In this document: one piece after another, positions 20,784 through 29,853 of the stretch
Layout of the letters: every line of letters begins with the position of its first letter
How positions within the stretch are numbered: the stretch's first letter is position 1
Origin: Pseudorhodoplanes sp.
GTDB lineage: Bacteria > Pseudomonadota > Alphaproteobacteria > Rhizobiales > Xanthobacteraceae
Direction of reading: 5' to 3'
NCBI GenBank assembly: GCA_008933495.1
Contig: WBUW01000001.1
Span: 1 to 33,116 of the forward strand
Length of the DNA stretch: 33,116 nucleotides
Notes under the pieces: generated by a model
Database searches by the model: none
Told to the model about the DNA's origin: nothing
What the model saw: only the letters and a program-made list of their open reading frames with translations
Translations under genes and position numbers: made by a program

Positions 20784-21178
20784 GACACGTTGTCCCGGAT
20801 ATAGTTGACGATGTCGTCGAGCCGCGAGCTCGACGGAAAGATGCCGCGGAAACCGAGTTGGCGCAGGTGCGCGTGATCGCGCTTGGGCAGATTGCCGCCG
20901 ATGATGCAAAGACGATCGGCAAGCCCGGCGTTCTCCAGGAGCGGGGTCAGCTTTTCGCAGAACGGCACATGCGAGCCGGCCATCGAGGACAGCGCGATGA
21001 CATCCGCGTTGCTCTCCTTGACCGCGCGCGCCACCGCTTCCGGAGTCTGCCGCAGGCCGGTATAGATCACCTCGAACCCCGCCTCCATGAGCGCGCGCGC
21101 CACCACCTTGGCGCCTTGGTCGTGCCCGTCGAGGCCGGGCTTGGCGAGCAGCACGCGGATCGGTCTCGCGCGCGTCAT
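20780..21178 (-). CDS. iaaG: Cobalamin-binding small subunit of mutase
   Basis: KPGLDGHDQG (DxHxxG base-off/His-on motif), LSS..GSH, GG. Confidence 0.85.
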   Translation of the reverse strand: MTRARPIRVLLAKPGLDGHDQGAKVVARALMEAGFEVIYTGLRQTPEAVARAVKESNADVIALSSMAGSHVPFCEKLTPLLENAGLADRLCIIGGNLPKRDHAHLRQLGFRGIFPSSSRLDDIVNYIRDNVS

Positions 21179-22308
21179 GCGCAGACCTCCTTGGCGATGA
21201 CCAGTTGGAGGATATCGCTTGTTCCGCCGCCGATCAGCGTGAAGCGAACGTCGCGCAGGAAGCGCTGCGCCGGGTATTCCATGGCATAGCCGTAGGAGGC
21301 GAATATGCGCGCTGCCCGGTCGCAGATGCGCGCCGCCGCTTCGCTGGCAAACAGCTTGGCCATGGCCGCTTCCTTGTGATGCGGCCTGCCGCTGTCGCGC
21401 AGCCAGGCCGCGTGGTGGACGAGATGCGTCGCCGCTTCGAGGTCGGTCGCCATTTCGGCAAGCTTGATCTGGATGGCCTGGTAGCGGTTGATCGGCTTGC
21501 CGAATTGCCTGCGCTCGGCGGCGTAGCGCACGGCGGCGTCGAGCGCTGCGCGCGCAATTCCGTTCGACATCGCGCCGGTGATGATGCGGATTTCGGCCAG
21601 TGTCTTGCGCAGATGCACCTCGCCGTCGCCCTCCTCGTGCGACAGGCGATGGCTGTCAGGCACGAAACAATCCGAGAATGCGACCTCGGAGGTGGGCAGC
21701 GCCCATACGCCCATTTTTTCGATGGCGCGGCCGACCGTCACTCCGGGAAAGCTGCGCTCGACGAGGAAGATCGTAAGCTTCCTCTCGGCCCCCGCCTTGG
21801 CGAACACCGTGAAGAAATCGGCGACCGGCGCCGAAGTCACCCAGGTCTTCTGGCCGTTGAGCAGATAGCCGCCGTCGACCCGGGATGCGCTGGTCGCGAT
21901 CCCGTCGAGATCGCTGCCGGCATTCGGCTCGGTCATGCAGATGGCGCCGACCTTCTCGCCCTTGAGCGCCGGCCTGAACAGGCGCTCGCGAATGTCGGCA
22001 TTGCCGAGCAGGTGCAGGAATTTCGTCGCCATCAGCGACTGCATGGCGACGCAGCCGGCGAGCGACATGGAGCCGCGCGCGATCTCTTCGAGCGCGAGGC
22101 AGAATTCGGTGAGCGCGAGCCCGGATCCGCCGTCCTCCTCGGGATAGCGCATGCCGAAGAGCCCCATGGCGGCGAGTTCGCCGAACAGCGCGCGCGGAAA
22201 CGTATGCGCCGCATCGAGCGCGGCCGCCTGCGGAACGATGCGCTCGTCGCAGAAGCGCGCAAAGGTCGCGCGGATGGCGCGCTGCTCGGGGCTGAGGTCA
22301 AAGTCCAT
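21175..22308 (-). CDS. iaaF: Acyl-CoA dehydrogenase; putative (2-amino)benzylmalonyl-CoA dehydrogenase (decarboxylating)
   Basis: MTEPNAGSD, NGQKTWVT, RRQFGKPI, MAKLFASE, IGGGTSDI; GGAGG SD; symbol from synteny. Confidence 0.8.
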   Translation of the reverse strand: MDFDLSPEQRAIRATFARFCDERIVPQAAALDAAHTFPRALFGELAAMGLFGMRYPEEDGGSGLALTEFCLALEEIARGSMSLAGCVAMQSLMATKFLHLLGNADIRERLFRPALKGEKVGAICMTEPNAGSDLDGIATSASRVDGGYLLNGQKTWVTSAPVADFFTVFAKAGAERKLTIFLVERSFPGVTVGRAIEKMGVWALPTSEVAFSDCFVPDSHRLSHEEGDGEVHLRKTLAEIRIITGAMSNGIARAALDAAVRYAAERRQFGKPINRYQAIQIKLAEMATDLEAATHLVHHAAWLRDSGRPHHKEAAMAKLFASEAAARICDRAARIFASYGYAMEYPAQRFLRDVRFTLIGGGTSDILQLVIAKEVCA

Positions 22309-23965
22309 AGACCCTCCGCGCGGCATCCTCGGAAATGACTCCGTCGCGTACCTCCTCGCGCAGCTTGGCGCGATCGCGAAGCCTCGGATCGCCGTAGCCG
22401 CCGCCGCCGCCCGCCTGCTGGTGATAGCGGGTGCCGGCGGGTACGCCGGTGATCAGGTCCTTGTTGCGCGGCGTGCGCTCGGCACCGTCCGGATAGGTGA
22501 GGCGGATGAAATTGAGCGTGCCGGGTCCGCCGCCGAACAGGCCGAATGCTGGCTCGAAGTCGCCGTCGCCGAAGGTCACAAGTTGCGTGTCGTCGGAGCC
22601 GATCTCGAACATCGTCTCGACCCCGAGCCCGCCGCGCCACTGTCCGGGACCGGCCGAGTCGCACAGATATTCATGCTTGATCAGACGATGCGGCGTCTGC
22701 TGCTCGAACATCTCGTAGTCCTGATCAAGCACGCCGCCGGACGCGTCGATCATGCCGATGTGGTCATAGCCGTCGGTGCCGCGCATCGCGCCCGAGCCGC
22801 CTTTGAGGCCCATAAAGCCGATGTCGACGTATTTCTCGTTCTTGCGGGGATCGATGCCGGTGGTGAGCGAGCACAGGAGATTGTTCCATCCGGCGGTGAC
22901 GCGCTCCGGCATGACCGGCGCCAGCGCGCGCTGGATGGCGTCGGCATTGGGCGGGCAGAGATGGTTGCCGAACGTCGTCGCCTTGGGATAGGCGGCGTTG
23001 AGGATGCTGCCTTGCGGAATGACGATCTCGATCGGCTCGACCATTCCCTCGTTGTGCGGAATGTCGGGATTGACCATCTGCAGCAACGTCAGAATTGTGG
23101 CCGACGCGCTGGAGGTGAAGGTGCCGTTGACGAAACCGTTGGTCTGCGGATCTGATTTCGAATAGTCGAACTTGATGCGCTTGTCCTCAACCGTGATCGT
23201 GACCCTTACTTTGAATTGCGAGCCCGGGTTGCGGCCGTCATAGTGAACCGAGCCTTCGCCTTTGTAGGTGCCGTTGGGGATGGTCGCGATTTCCGCTTCC
23301 ATCATCTTGCGCGTGGCTTCGAACAGCGCGCGCTTGTGGGCCTCGAAGCTTTCGCGGCCGTATTTCTTCATCAGCTCGGCCACGCGGCGCTCGCCGACAT
23401 GGCAGGCGCCGATCTCGGCCTTCATGTCATGCTGCACGATGTCGAAGCGGATATTGGCGAAGATCAGGTCCCAGACGTCCCGGCGTAGCTTGCCACGCTC
23501 ATAGACTTTCACCGGCGGGATGCGCAGCGCCTCTTGCCACACCTCGACCGCGTTCGGGTTGTAACCGCCGGCAACCGCGCCGCCGATGTCGGCCTGGTGT
23601 CCCTTGACCGCGGTCCAGGCCACCAACTCGTCCTCGAAGAATACCGGCTTGTAGACCGCGACATCGTTGTTCTGGTTGCCGAGCGAAAAGACGTCATTGT
23701 GGAAGATCACGTCGCCGGGATGGATGTCGTCGCCAAAATAGGAGCGAATGTGCTTGCAGACCGGCGCGAGCGAGAAGGCAAGGATCGGCAGATTCTCCGT
23801 CTGTTCGAGCATCCGCCCGTCGGCGTCGTAGAGACCGGTGACGTAGTCCTTCGCCTCGCACAGAATGGGCGAGCGGGTTGTGCGCATCATCGAGATCGAC
23901 ATCTCGTCGGTGATTGATCTGAACGTGCGCGCATATACCGACAGCAGGATCGGATCGATCTTCAT
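22298..23965 (-). CDS. iaaE: Hydantoinase B/oxoprolinase-family subunit
   Basis: EAKDY, GDVIFHND, HQADIGG, DSAGPGQWRGG, GGGGYGDP; ATGA overlap with upstream subunit. Confidence 0.83.
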   Translation of the reverse strand: MKIDPILLSVYARTFRSITDEMSISMMRTTRSPILCEAKDYVTGLYDADGRMLEQTENLPILAFSLAPVCKHIRSYFGDDIHPGDVIFHNDVFSLGNQNNDVAVYKPVFFEDELVAWTAVKGHQADIGGAVAGGYNPNAVEVWQEALRIPPVKVYERGKLRRDVWDLIFANIRFDIVQHDMKAEIGACHVGERRVAELMKKYGRESFEAHKRALFEATRKMMEAEIATIPNGTYKGEGSVHYDGRNPGSQFKVRVTITVEDKRIKFDYSKSDPQTNGFVNGTFTSSASATILTLLQMVNPDIPHNEGMVEPIEIVIPQGSILNAAYPKATTFGNHLCPPNADAIQRALAPVMPERVTAGWNNLLCSLTTGIDPRKNEKYVDIGFMGLKGGSGAMRGTDGYDHIGMIDASGGVLDQDYEMFEQQTPHRLIKHEYLCDSAGPGQWRGGLGVETMFEIGSDDTQLVTFGDGDFEPAFGLFGGGPGTLNFIRLTYPDGAERTPRNKDLITGVPAGTRYHQQAGGGGGYGDPRLRDRAKLREEVRDGVISEDAARRVYGL

Positions 23966-26091
23966 GCCAGCGCCTCCGCTTCCGCGCGTCGCAGACAATT
24001 GCGGACCAGGTCGTCGCGGCCCTTCTGATAGAGAGCAAACGAGCCGTGGCGATCGACCACGCAGTCGAAATTCGCCGAGACCAGCACGGTGGTCGTGACT
24101 GTTTCGATCAGGGCAGGGCCGCTGACCCGGTTGCCGTGCCGCAGGACATGGCCGTCGTAAACGCGGGTGTCCTCGAACGACGCCGTTTCCGGCACATAGA
24201 CGGAGCGACGGCTCTTCACGGCATGGCCGGCGTTCTCGCGATGATAGGGTTCCGCGGTATGGTCGCGCCGTTCAACCGCACCGATCGCCTGGAGTCGGAC
24301 GTTGATCAGCTCGATCGGCGTACCTTCGGCCTCCAGAGAATAGCCGTAGAGCCTGTTGTGCTCGGCGTGGAAATCGCGCGCAATCGACGCCGCATCGCGA
24401 CGATCGAGCGCCGCCTGCGTCACCGCGAAGGAAACCTCGTGATACTGCTTCGCATAACGGCAATCGAACCGGACCGTGAAACGCCGTCGCGGCATTGGGA
24501 TGTGCTCGTCCGCCAGCACGCTGTCGCCGTCGCGCCGCAATTCGGCCAGGACCGCGCCGAGGCGCTGCCAGTCGAGCGTGCTGAGACGCGAGACGAAGGT
24601 TCGGACATAGTCGTGCTTGAGCTCCGACAGCAGCATGCCGAACGCACACAGGACCGATGAGGAGCGCGGTACGATCTGCAGCGGGATTTCAAGCTCGTTG
24701 CAGATCAGGCAGGAATGAATCGGACCGGCGCCGCCGGCGGCGATGAGCGGAAATTCGCGCGGGTCGTAGCCGCGCTTGATCGTTACTTCGCGCACGCCCT
24801 GCGCCATGTTGTTGCAGGCGACGCGGTACATCCCGGCGGCGGTTTGCTCGACCGACAGAGCCATGCGTTCGGCGATGTTGACCGCAATGGCCCGGCGTGC
24901 AGCTTCGGGATCGAGCTTGATCTTGCCCCCGGCAAAAAAGCCGGGATCGAGATAACCGAGCACGAGATTGGCGTCGGTCACCGTCGGCAAGGAGCCGCCC
25001 TGGCCGTAGCAGGCCGGACCGGGCGCCGCGCCGGCGCTTTGCGGCCCCATGCGCAGCATGCCGCCCTCGTCGAGCCAGCCGATCGAGCCGCCGCCGGCCC
25101 CGATGGTGTGGATGTCGAGCATGGGCAGTGCGATCTTGTGGCGGGCGATCTCGCCGTCATTGACCATCGCCGGAGCACCGAACGACACCGATGCCTCAAA
25201 GCTGGTGCCGCCCATGTCGGTGGTGATGCATTTGTCGACGCCGTGCGCCTCCGCATAGAACAGTCCGGCCGCCGGTCCGCCGGCCGGTCCCGACAACAGC
25301 GTGAGCGCAGCTCTTTCCCGCGCAACTTGCGGCGACATGACGCCGCCGTTCGACTGCATGATCAGCAGGATGCCTTCGAAACCAACCTCCTTCAGGCCGA
25401 TGACCAGGCGGTCGAGATAGCGGTTCAGTATCGGCCCGACATAGGAGTTGAGCGCGGTCGTGCTCACGCGCTCGTAGAAGCGGATGGTCGGAAGCAACGT
25501 TGTCGACACCGTCAGATAGGCATCGGGAAGCGCGCGGCGCACGAGGTCTGCGGCCGCGCGTTCGTGTTCCGGGGAGGCGAAGGCATTCATGAAGCAGATC
25601 GAGACCGCTTCGATCTTCTCGGCCTTGAACAGCGCGATCGCCGCACGAATTTCGGCGAGCGAAAGCGGCTCGATTTCACGGCCGCTGCCGTCGAGCCGCC
25701 CGCCCACGCCGATTCGCAGATAGCGCGGGACCAGGGGCCGAACGTTGGTATAGCGGTTGTCGTACTGGCGCTCGCGAATGCCGCGACGCATCTCCAGCGC
25801 GTCGCGGACGCCGCGGGTGGTGAGAAGAGCGGACCGCGCACCGGTCTGCGTGAGCGTCGCGTTGGTCGTGACCGTCGTGCCGTGAACGATCGTGTCGACC
25901 GAGCCGATGAAGCGCTCGAAGCTGGCGCCCGGCACCAGCATTTCGGCCACTTCGCGCAGGCCGGCAATCACTGCGATTGACGGGTCGCTTGGCGACGACA
26001 GGATTTTATGAATGAGCGGCTCCGCGCCATGGCCGGCGACGATGAAGTCGGTGAAGGTGCCGCCAACGTCGATGCCGATCTTGAGGACCAT
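23962..26091 (-). CDS. iaaC: Hydantoinase A/oxoprolinase-family ATP-binding subunit
   Basis: IDVGGTFTD, HGTTVTTNA, LLSGPAGG, DMGGTS, GAGGGSI, GPQSAGAAPGPACYG, GGAGP. Confidence 0.85.
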   Translation of the reverse strand: MVLKIGIDVGGTFTDFIVAGHGAEPLIHKILSSPSDPSIAVIAGLREVAEMLVPGASFERFIGSVDTIVHGTTVTTNATLTQTGARSALLTTRGVRDALEMRRGIRERQYDNRYTNVRPLVPRYLRIGVGGRLDGSGREIEPLSLAEIRAAIALFKAEKIEAVSICFMNAFASPEHERAAADLVRRALPDAYLTVSTTLLPTIRFYERVSTTALNSYVGPILNRYLDRLVIGLKEVGFEGILLIMQSNGGVMSPQVARERAALTLLSGPAGGPAAGLFYAEAHGVDKCITTDMGGTSFEASVSFGAPAMVNDGEIARHKIALPMLDIHTIGAGGGSIGWLDEGGMLRMGPQSAGAAPGPACYGQGGSLPTVTDANLVLGYLDPGFFAGGKIKLDPEAARRAIAVNIAERMALSVEQTAAGMYRVACNNMAQGVREVTIKRGYDPREFPLIAAGGAGPIHSCLICNELEIPLQIVPRSSSVLCAFGMLLSELKHDYVRTFVSRLSTLDWQRLGAVLAELRRDGDSVLADEHIPMPRRRFTVRFDCRYAKQYHEVSFAVTQAALDRRDAASIARDFHAEHNRLYGYSLEAEGTPIELINVRLQAIGAVERRDHTAEPYHRENAGHAVKSRRSVYVPETASFEDTRVYDGHVLRHGNRVSGPALIETVTTTVLVSANFDCVVDRHGSFALYQKGRDDLVRNCLRRAEAEALA

Positions 26092-26110
26092 GTGACGATC
26101 CGCTCCCCGT

Positions 26111-27628
26111 TCATGCCATTGCCGGCTCGGCGGCCTGCAGTGCCGAGCGCTTGATCTTGCCGAGTTCGGTGCGCGGAAGCGCGTCGACGAAGCGCACCGC
26201 CCGCGGGTGCTTGTAGCGGGCGATGCGACCGGTAAAGAGCGCGAGCACGTCCGCTTCGCTCATGCGCGCAGACGGCTGCAGCGCCACGATCGCCACGACG
26301 ATTTCGCCCCAGTGCTGGTCGCGCTGGCCGACGACGCAGGCTTCGCGGATGTCCGGGCATTCGGCAAGGATGCTCTCGAGCTCGGCCGGATAGATGTTTT
26401 CGCCGCCGGAAATGATCATGTCGCTCTTGCGCGACACGACGTGGAGATAGCCCTCGTCGTCGAAATGGCCGATGTCGCTCGAGTAGTACCAGCCATCACG
26501 CAACGCCGCAGCGGTGGCCTGCGGCGCGTTCCAATAGCCGCGCATGACGTTCGGTCCGCGCACCACGATCTCGCCGTGGCGGCCGGCCGGAAGCTCGTTG
26601 CCGTCGTCATCGACCACGCGCACCTCGCAGTGCAACGCCGGCAGGCCGGCGGCGCCGGCCTTGCGATCGGAATCCTCGGCGCGCAGATAGGTCGCAATCG
26701 GGCAGGTCTCGGTGGCGCCATAAACCTGAATGAGGCGCAGCCCGCGAGCATTGACGCGCCGCACGAACGATTCCGGTACGATCGTCGAGCCGGTGGTGAT
26801 GGAGCGCAGGCTCGACAGGTCAGCGTCCGCCCAGCGCGGATGCTCCATCATCGCCACGAGTTGCGCGGGGACCAGCACGGCGAGCGTGATGCGCTCGCGC
26901 TCGATGGTTTCGATTGTGGCCAGCGGGTCGAACCTGGCGTGCAGCGTTACGCAGGCGCCCGCGTGCAAGGCCGGCACGGTCTGGATGTTGAGCCCGCCGA
27001 CGTGGAACATGGGCAGCGTCGTCAACACGCGGTCGGCGCCGGTCAGATCGTGCATGTGCGCGCTGTTGACGGAATTCCAGAACAACGCGCTCTGCGTGAG
27101 GACGACCGCCTTGGGGCCGCCGGTCGATCCGGAGGTGTGACAAAGCAGGATCGGGAGGTTCCCCTCGTCGGTCGGGGCTCGCGTCCGCTCGCACGCGGGT
27201 CCGTCTTCGGAGCTCTCCCAAGCCTGGCCGGCGGCTGCGATATCGCCGATCACGGTCCAGGTCACGGCGGGGTGCGCGTCGCGCAGTTCCCGGGTATTCG
27301 CGAGAAACGATTCCTCGATCAACACCATGCGTGGTCGGCAGTGCCCGAGCACGCGCGCATGCTCCGGCGGCGCCAGGCGCCAGTTGAGCGGCATCAGCAT
27401 GGCGCCCAGTCGCGCGCATGCAAATAGCGTCACCAGCATGTCCGGATTGTTGTAGCCGAGGAAGGCCACGATATCGCCTTCCGCAATGCCAAGAGCGGCA
27501 AACCGCGCAGCGGCTTGGCGAACGCGTCGGGCAAGCGCGGCATAAGTCAGAACGTCGCCGGCAAATCGAATCGCCGGCCGCGCGGGCGAGAACGCCGCGT
27601 GCCGCTCGATCCAATGCGCGAGGTTCAT
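26111..27628 (-). CDS. iaaB: AMP-forming CoA ligase; putative indoleacetate-CoA ligase
   Basis: HTSGSTGGPKA, PMFHVGG, VYGATE, RKSDMIISGGENIYP, LPRTELGK; symbol from synteny. Confidence 0.8.
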   Translation of the reverse strand: MNLAHWIERHAAFSPARPAIRFAGDVLTYAALARRVRQAAARFAALGIAEGDIVAFLGYNNPDMLVTLFACARLGAMLMPLNWRLAPPEHARVLGHCRPRMVLIEESFLANTRELRDAHPAVTWTVIGDIAAAGQAWESSEDGPACERTRAPTDEGNLPILLCHTSGSTGGPKAVVLTQSALFWNSVNSAHMHDLTGADRVLTTLPMFHVGGLNIQTVPALHAGACVTLHARFDPLATIETIERERITLAVLVPAQLVAMMEHPRWADADLSSLRSITTGSTIVPESFVRRVNARGLRLIQVYGATETCPIATYLRAEDSDRKAGAAGLPALHCEVRVVDDDGNELPAGRHGEIVVRGPNVMRGYWNAPQATAAALRDGWYYSSDIGHFDDEGYLHVVSRKSDMIISGGENIYPAELESILAECPDIREACVVGQRDQHWGEIVVAIVALQPSARMSEADVLALFTGRIARYKHPRAVRFVDALPRTELGKIKRSALQAAEPAMA

Positions 27629-27636
27629 ATCGTCAC

Positions 27637-28842
27637 CTACTCGTCGCCAACCTCGACCACCGCCGCCATTGCGGTATCGCCGGCGGCGCACCCGGCGAAC
27701 AGGCCATGGCCGCCGCCGCGGCCGGCCAGTTCCTCAATGAGTTCGATGATGGCGCGCGTTCCCATCGGAGCCTGCGGATGGCCCCACACCAGCGAGCAGC
27801 CGAAATTGTTCATGCGCGCGAGATCGATCCCGGTCTGGCGCGCGAACAGGACATCATTCACCGCAAACGGGTTATGGATCTTGATCGCGTCCATTCGCTC
27901 GATGCTCAGGCCGGCCTCGGCGAGCGCGCGCCGGGCAGCCGGAATGGGTGCTTCCGGCATGTGGGCGAGCGCGGCGCGCGCAGCGCCGAAGCCGCGCAGC
28001 CGAATGCGAATGTTCCGATCACGGCTGAGCTCGCGCGCGCGGTCGGGAGCGGCAACGATGATCGCCGCGTTGCCATCGGCGGGATGGGTCTGCCCGCCGA
28101 ACGTCACGCTGCCGCCGTCGATCGCCGGTTTGAGTCCGGCGAGGCCTTCCGCTGTTGAGAACCTGACGCCCTCGTCGGACGGCAGGCTTGCGACCGATCT
28201 CCGGTACGATGGATCGGGCACCTCGAACGGCAAAGTCATGAAGCGTTTCTGGAAGGCGCAATCATCCGCCAGCGCGTCGCGGTACTGCGCCTCGCGCATC
28301 AGCACCACATCGTGCTGCTCGGCGGTCGTGATCTGATGCTTGGCCGCGACGTTCTCGGCCGTGCGCAGCATCGAGTGGGGGCCGAGCGGGTCGCAGCCGA
28401 AATTGTCCATGACCCAGTCTTCGTGCCGGCCGGTGCCGCCGGGCCCGCGTGGATTGGGGTAATAGAGATGCGGTCCGTTCGAGGTCCGGTCGCAGGTCAC
28501 GGCAAGCGTCACCGCCGATCGCCCGGCGTCCACCTCTTCGGCTGCCGACAGCAGCACGCGCATGCCCGTTGCGCAGGCCTGCATGACGGTGGGGCCGCCG
28601 ACATGCGCAAGGCCGGCGAGTCCGGCGAGCCAGGGCATGCCGTAGAACGAATGTTTCTGCGGCACGCTCATGCCGAGCACGCCATGATCGATCGCCTCGC
28701 CGGCAATGCCACGCCGGGCCATTTCTCCTTTGGCGACGAAAGCCGCAAACTCGATGGCATGCAGGTTGGAGAATGCGCCCTGCCAGCGCGCGAATGGCGT
28801 GCTCCAATAGGCGCCGTATGGAATCTCAGCCCGGCATGCCAC
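27637..28842 (-). CDS. iaaA: Thiolase-family protein (divergent motifs)
   Basis: QACATG nucleophile Cys, HNPFA, WGHPQAPMG, GCAAGD; GTG start behind AGGGAGAG. Confidence 0.82.
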   Translation of the reverse strand: MACRAEIPYGAYWSTPFARWQGAFSNLHAIEFAAFVAKGEMARRGIAGEAIDHGVLGMSVPQKHSFYGMPWLAGLAGLAHVGGPTVMQACATGMRVLLSAAEEVDAGRSAVTLAVTCDRTSNGPHLYYPNPRGPGGTGRHEDWVMDNFGCDPLGPHSMLRTAENVAAKHQITTAEQHDVVLMREAQYRDALADDCAFQKRFMTLPFEVPDPSYRRSVASLPSDEGVRFSTAEGLAGLKPAIDGGSVTFGGQTHPADGNAAIIVAAPDRARELSRDRNIRIRLRGFGAARAALAHMPEAPIPAARRALAEAGLSIERMDAIKIHNPFAVNDVLFARQTGIDLARMNNFGCSLVWGHPQAPMGTRAIIELIEELAGRGGGHGLFAGCAAGDTAMAAVVEVGDE

Positions 28843-29521
28843 GGCTGTTCTCTCCCTTGTCCCGCCGGCTGAGCAGCTCCTGCAGGATACGTTTCGCCTC
28901 CGACAGGTGATCGCGCATGGCGCCGGCGGCGGCCTCCGCGTCCCCCGAAGAAAGCGCCGTGGCCAGGCGCTCGAGGCCACGCAGCACGACCTGCCGCGTT
29001 TGCGGGTTTCCGAGCGTGAGCGCCCGCAGGTAACGGACGTGGTCTGCGTAAAGCTCGATGGCGCGCAGGAGCCTTTGATTGGGAACCAGCGCCAGCCATG
29101 CCGCGCGATAGCGATAATTGGCCTGCATGAATGCGCCGGCGTCGCCGGCGGCGTGGGCGGCCGCCATCGTGGCAAGTTCATGACGCAACGGCAGCAACCG
29201 GCCGCAAGCGTCGACGCGGGCGGCGACCTGCCGCACGGCCTCCGGCTCGAGGAGGAGCCGCAATTCATAGATGTCGTTTAGATCAGCCTCCGACAGCGAT
29301 GGAACGATGAGGCTGCGCCCCTGAATGTCGAGCAGTCCCTCGCTGACGAGTCTGCCAAGCGCTTCTCTTACCGGGGTGCGCGATACGCCAAGCTGCGCGG
29401 CGAGGGCGGCCTCCTGAAGCGGCTGTCCGCTTGGCAATCGGCCGGAACAGACATGCTCGCGCAAGGTCTGATAGACGCGGTCAGTCAACGATTGCGGCCG
29501 ATCAATCGCGCTCAGTGACAT
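28826..29521 (-). CDS. iaaR: GntR/FCD transcriptional regulator heading the operon
   Basis: LAAQLGVSRTPVREAL wHTH; FCD-like C-terminus; overlaps thiolase start. Confidence 0.85.
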   Translation of the reverse strand: MSLSAIDRPQSLTDRVYQTLREHVCSGRLPSGQPLQEAALAAQLGVSRTPVREALGRLVSEGLLDIQGRSLIVPSLSEADLNDIYELRLLLEPEAVRQVAARVDACGRLLPLRHELATMAAAHAAGDAGAFMQANYRYRAAWLALVPNQRLLRAIELYADHVRYLRALTLGNPQTRQVVLRGLERLATALSSGDAEAAAGAMRDHLSEAKRILQELLSRRDKGENSRGMPG

Positions 29522-29540
29522 GACGCGGCGTCCGATGGCT

Positions 29541-29560
29541 GTGTCCCGTATACGGGATAC
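29541..29560. promoter_or_regulatory. Palindromic operator, likely for the adjacent GntR regulator
   Basis: GTgTCCCGTATACGGGAtAC; 14-bp perfect core with GTATAC centre, about 20-40 bp upstream of the GntR ATG. Confidence 0.7.
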
Positions 29561-29584
29561 TTGGGGCCGATCGGTTAAGCGTCC

Positions 29585-29598
29585 TTGACTTTAGTCAA
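29585..29598. promoter_or_regulatory. FNR/CRP-family-like box TTGAC-N4-GTCAA
   Basis: TTGACTTTAGTCAA; same geometry as TTGAT-N4-ATCAA. Confidence 0.55.
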
Positions 29599-29747
29599 CG
29601 CCGGGTAAGGCACCACAACATTGTGGACCTGCGAGGGGCCGCGCCTTTCAGAAAGCACCCGAACGTCAATTTGCGCGTTGTTGCATCGCGGAATCGGGCG
29701 GCGTTCCGGTCGACGAGAATGACAACCGGCGAAAGACGTTTGTCTGC

Positions 29748-29853
29748 CTGGAGCGCAATCCGCCGAAGTGGGTACCGGTTCGGCGAGAGATCGCGCGAAA
29801 AACTAAAGAATCCGGACCGTGATCCAATTCAATCTAAGCGGATCACGGTCTAG
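29748..29853. repeat. Rhizobiales-type palindromic intergenic element (RIME/BRU-RS-like)
   Basis: CTGGAGCG...GAAGTGGGTACCGGTTC...AAAAACTAAAG...GACCGTGATCC-N14-GGATCACGGTCTAG; two hairpins and a CTAG end that includes the yqeB stop. Confidence 0.7.

Noticed and set aside
19170-21178. Housekeeping methylmalonyl-CoA mutase or isobutyryl-CoA mutase
   Set aside because: Pocket motifs are strongly altered, Tyr/Arg retention argues against ICM/HCM, and the context is a dedicated catabolic operon
22298-26091. Acetone or acetophenone carboxylase
   Set aside because: Only two subunits, with no gamma or extra subunits; context fits a lactam hydrolase
6603-28872. Many long plus-strand and alternate-frame ORFs (e.g. 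9760-11106, 14230-15486, 24715-25980, 26207-27427)
   Set aside because: Antisense or off-frame shadows of real high-GC genes, with no recognisable motifs
29600-29750. Cobalamin or Moco riboswitch upstream of the operon
   Set aside because: No recognisable conserved core by eye; an Rfam/Infernal scan would settle it
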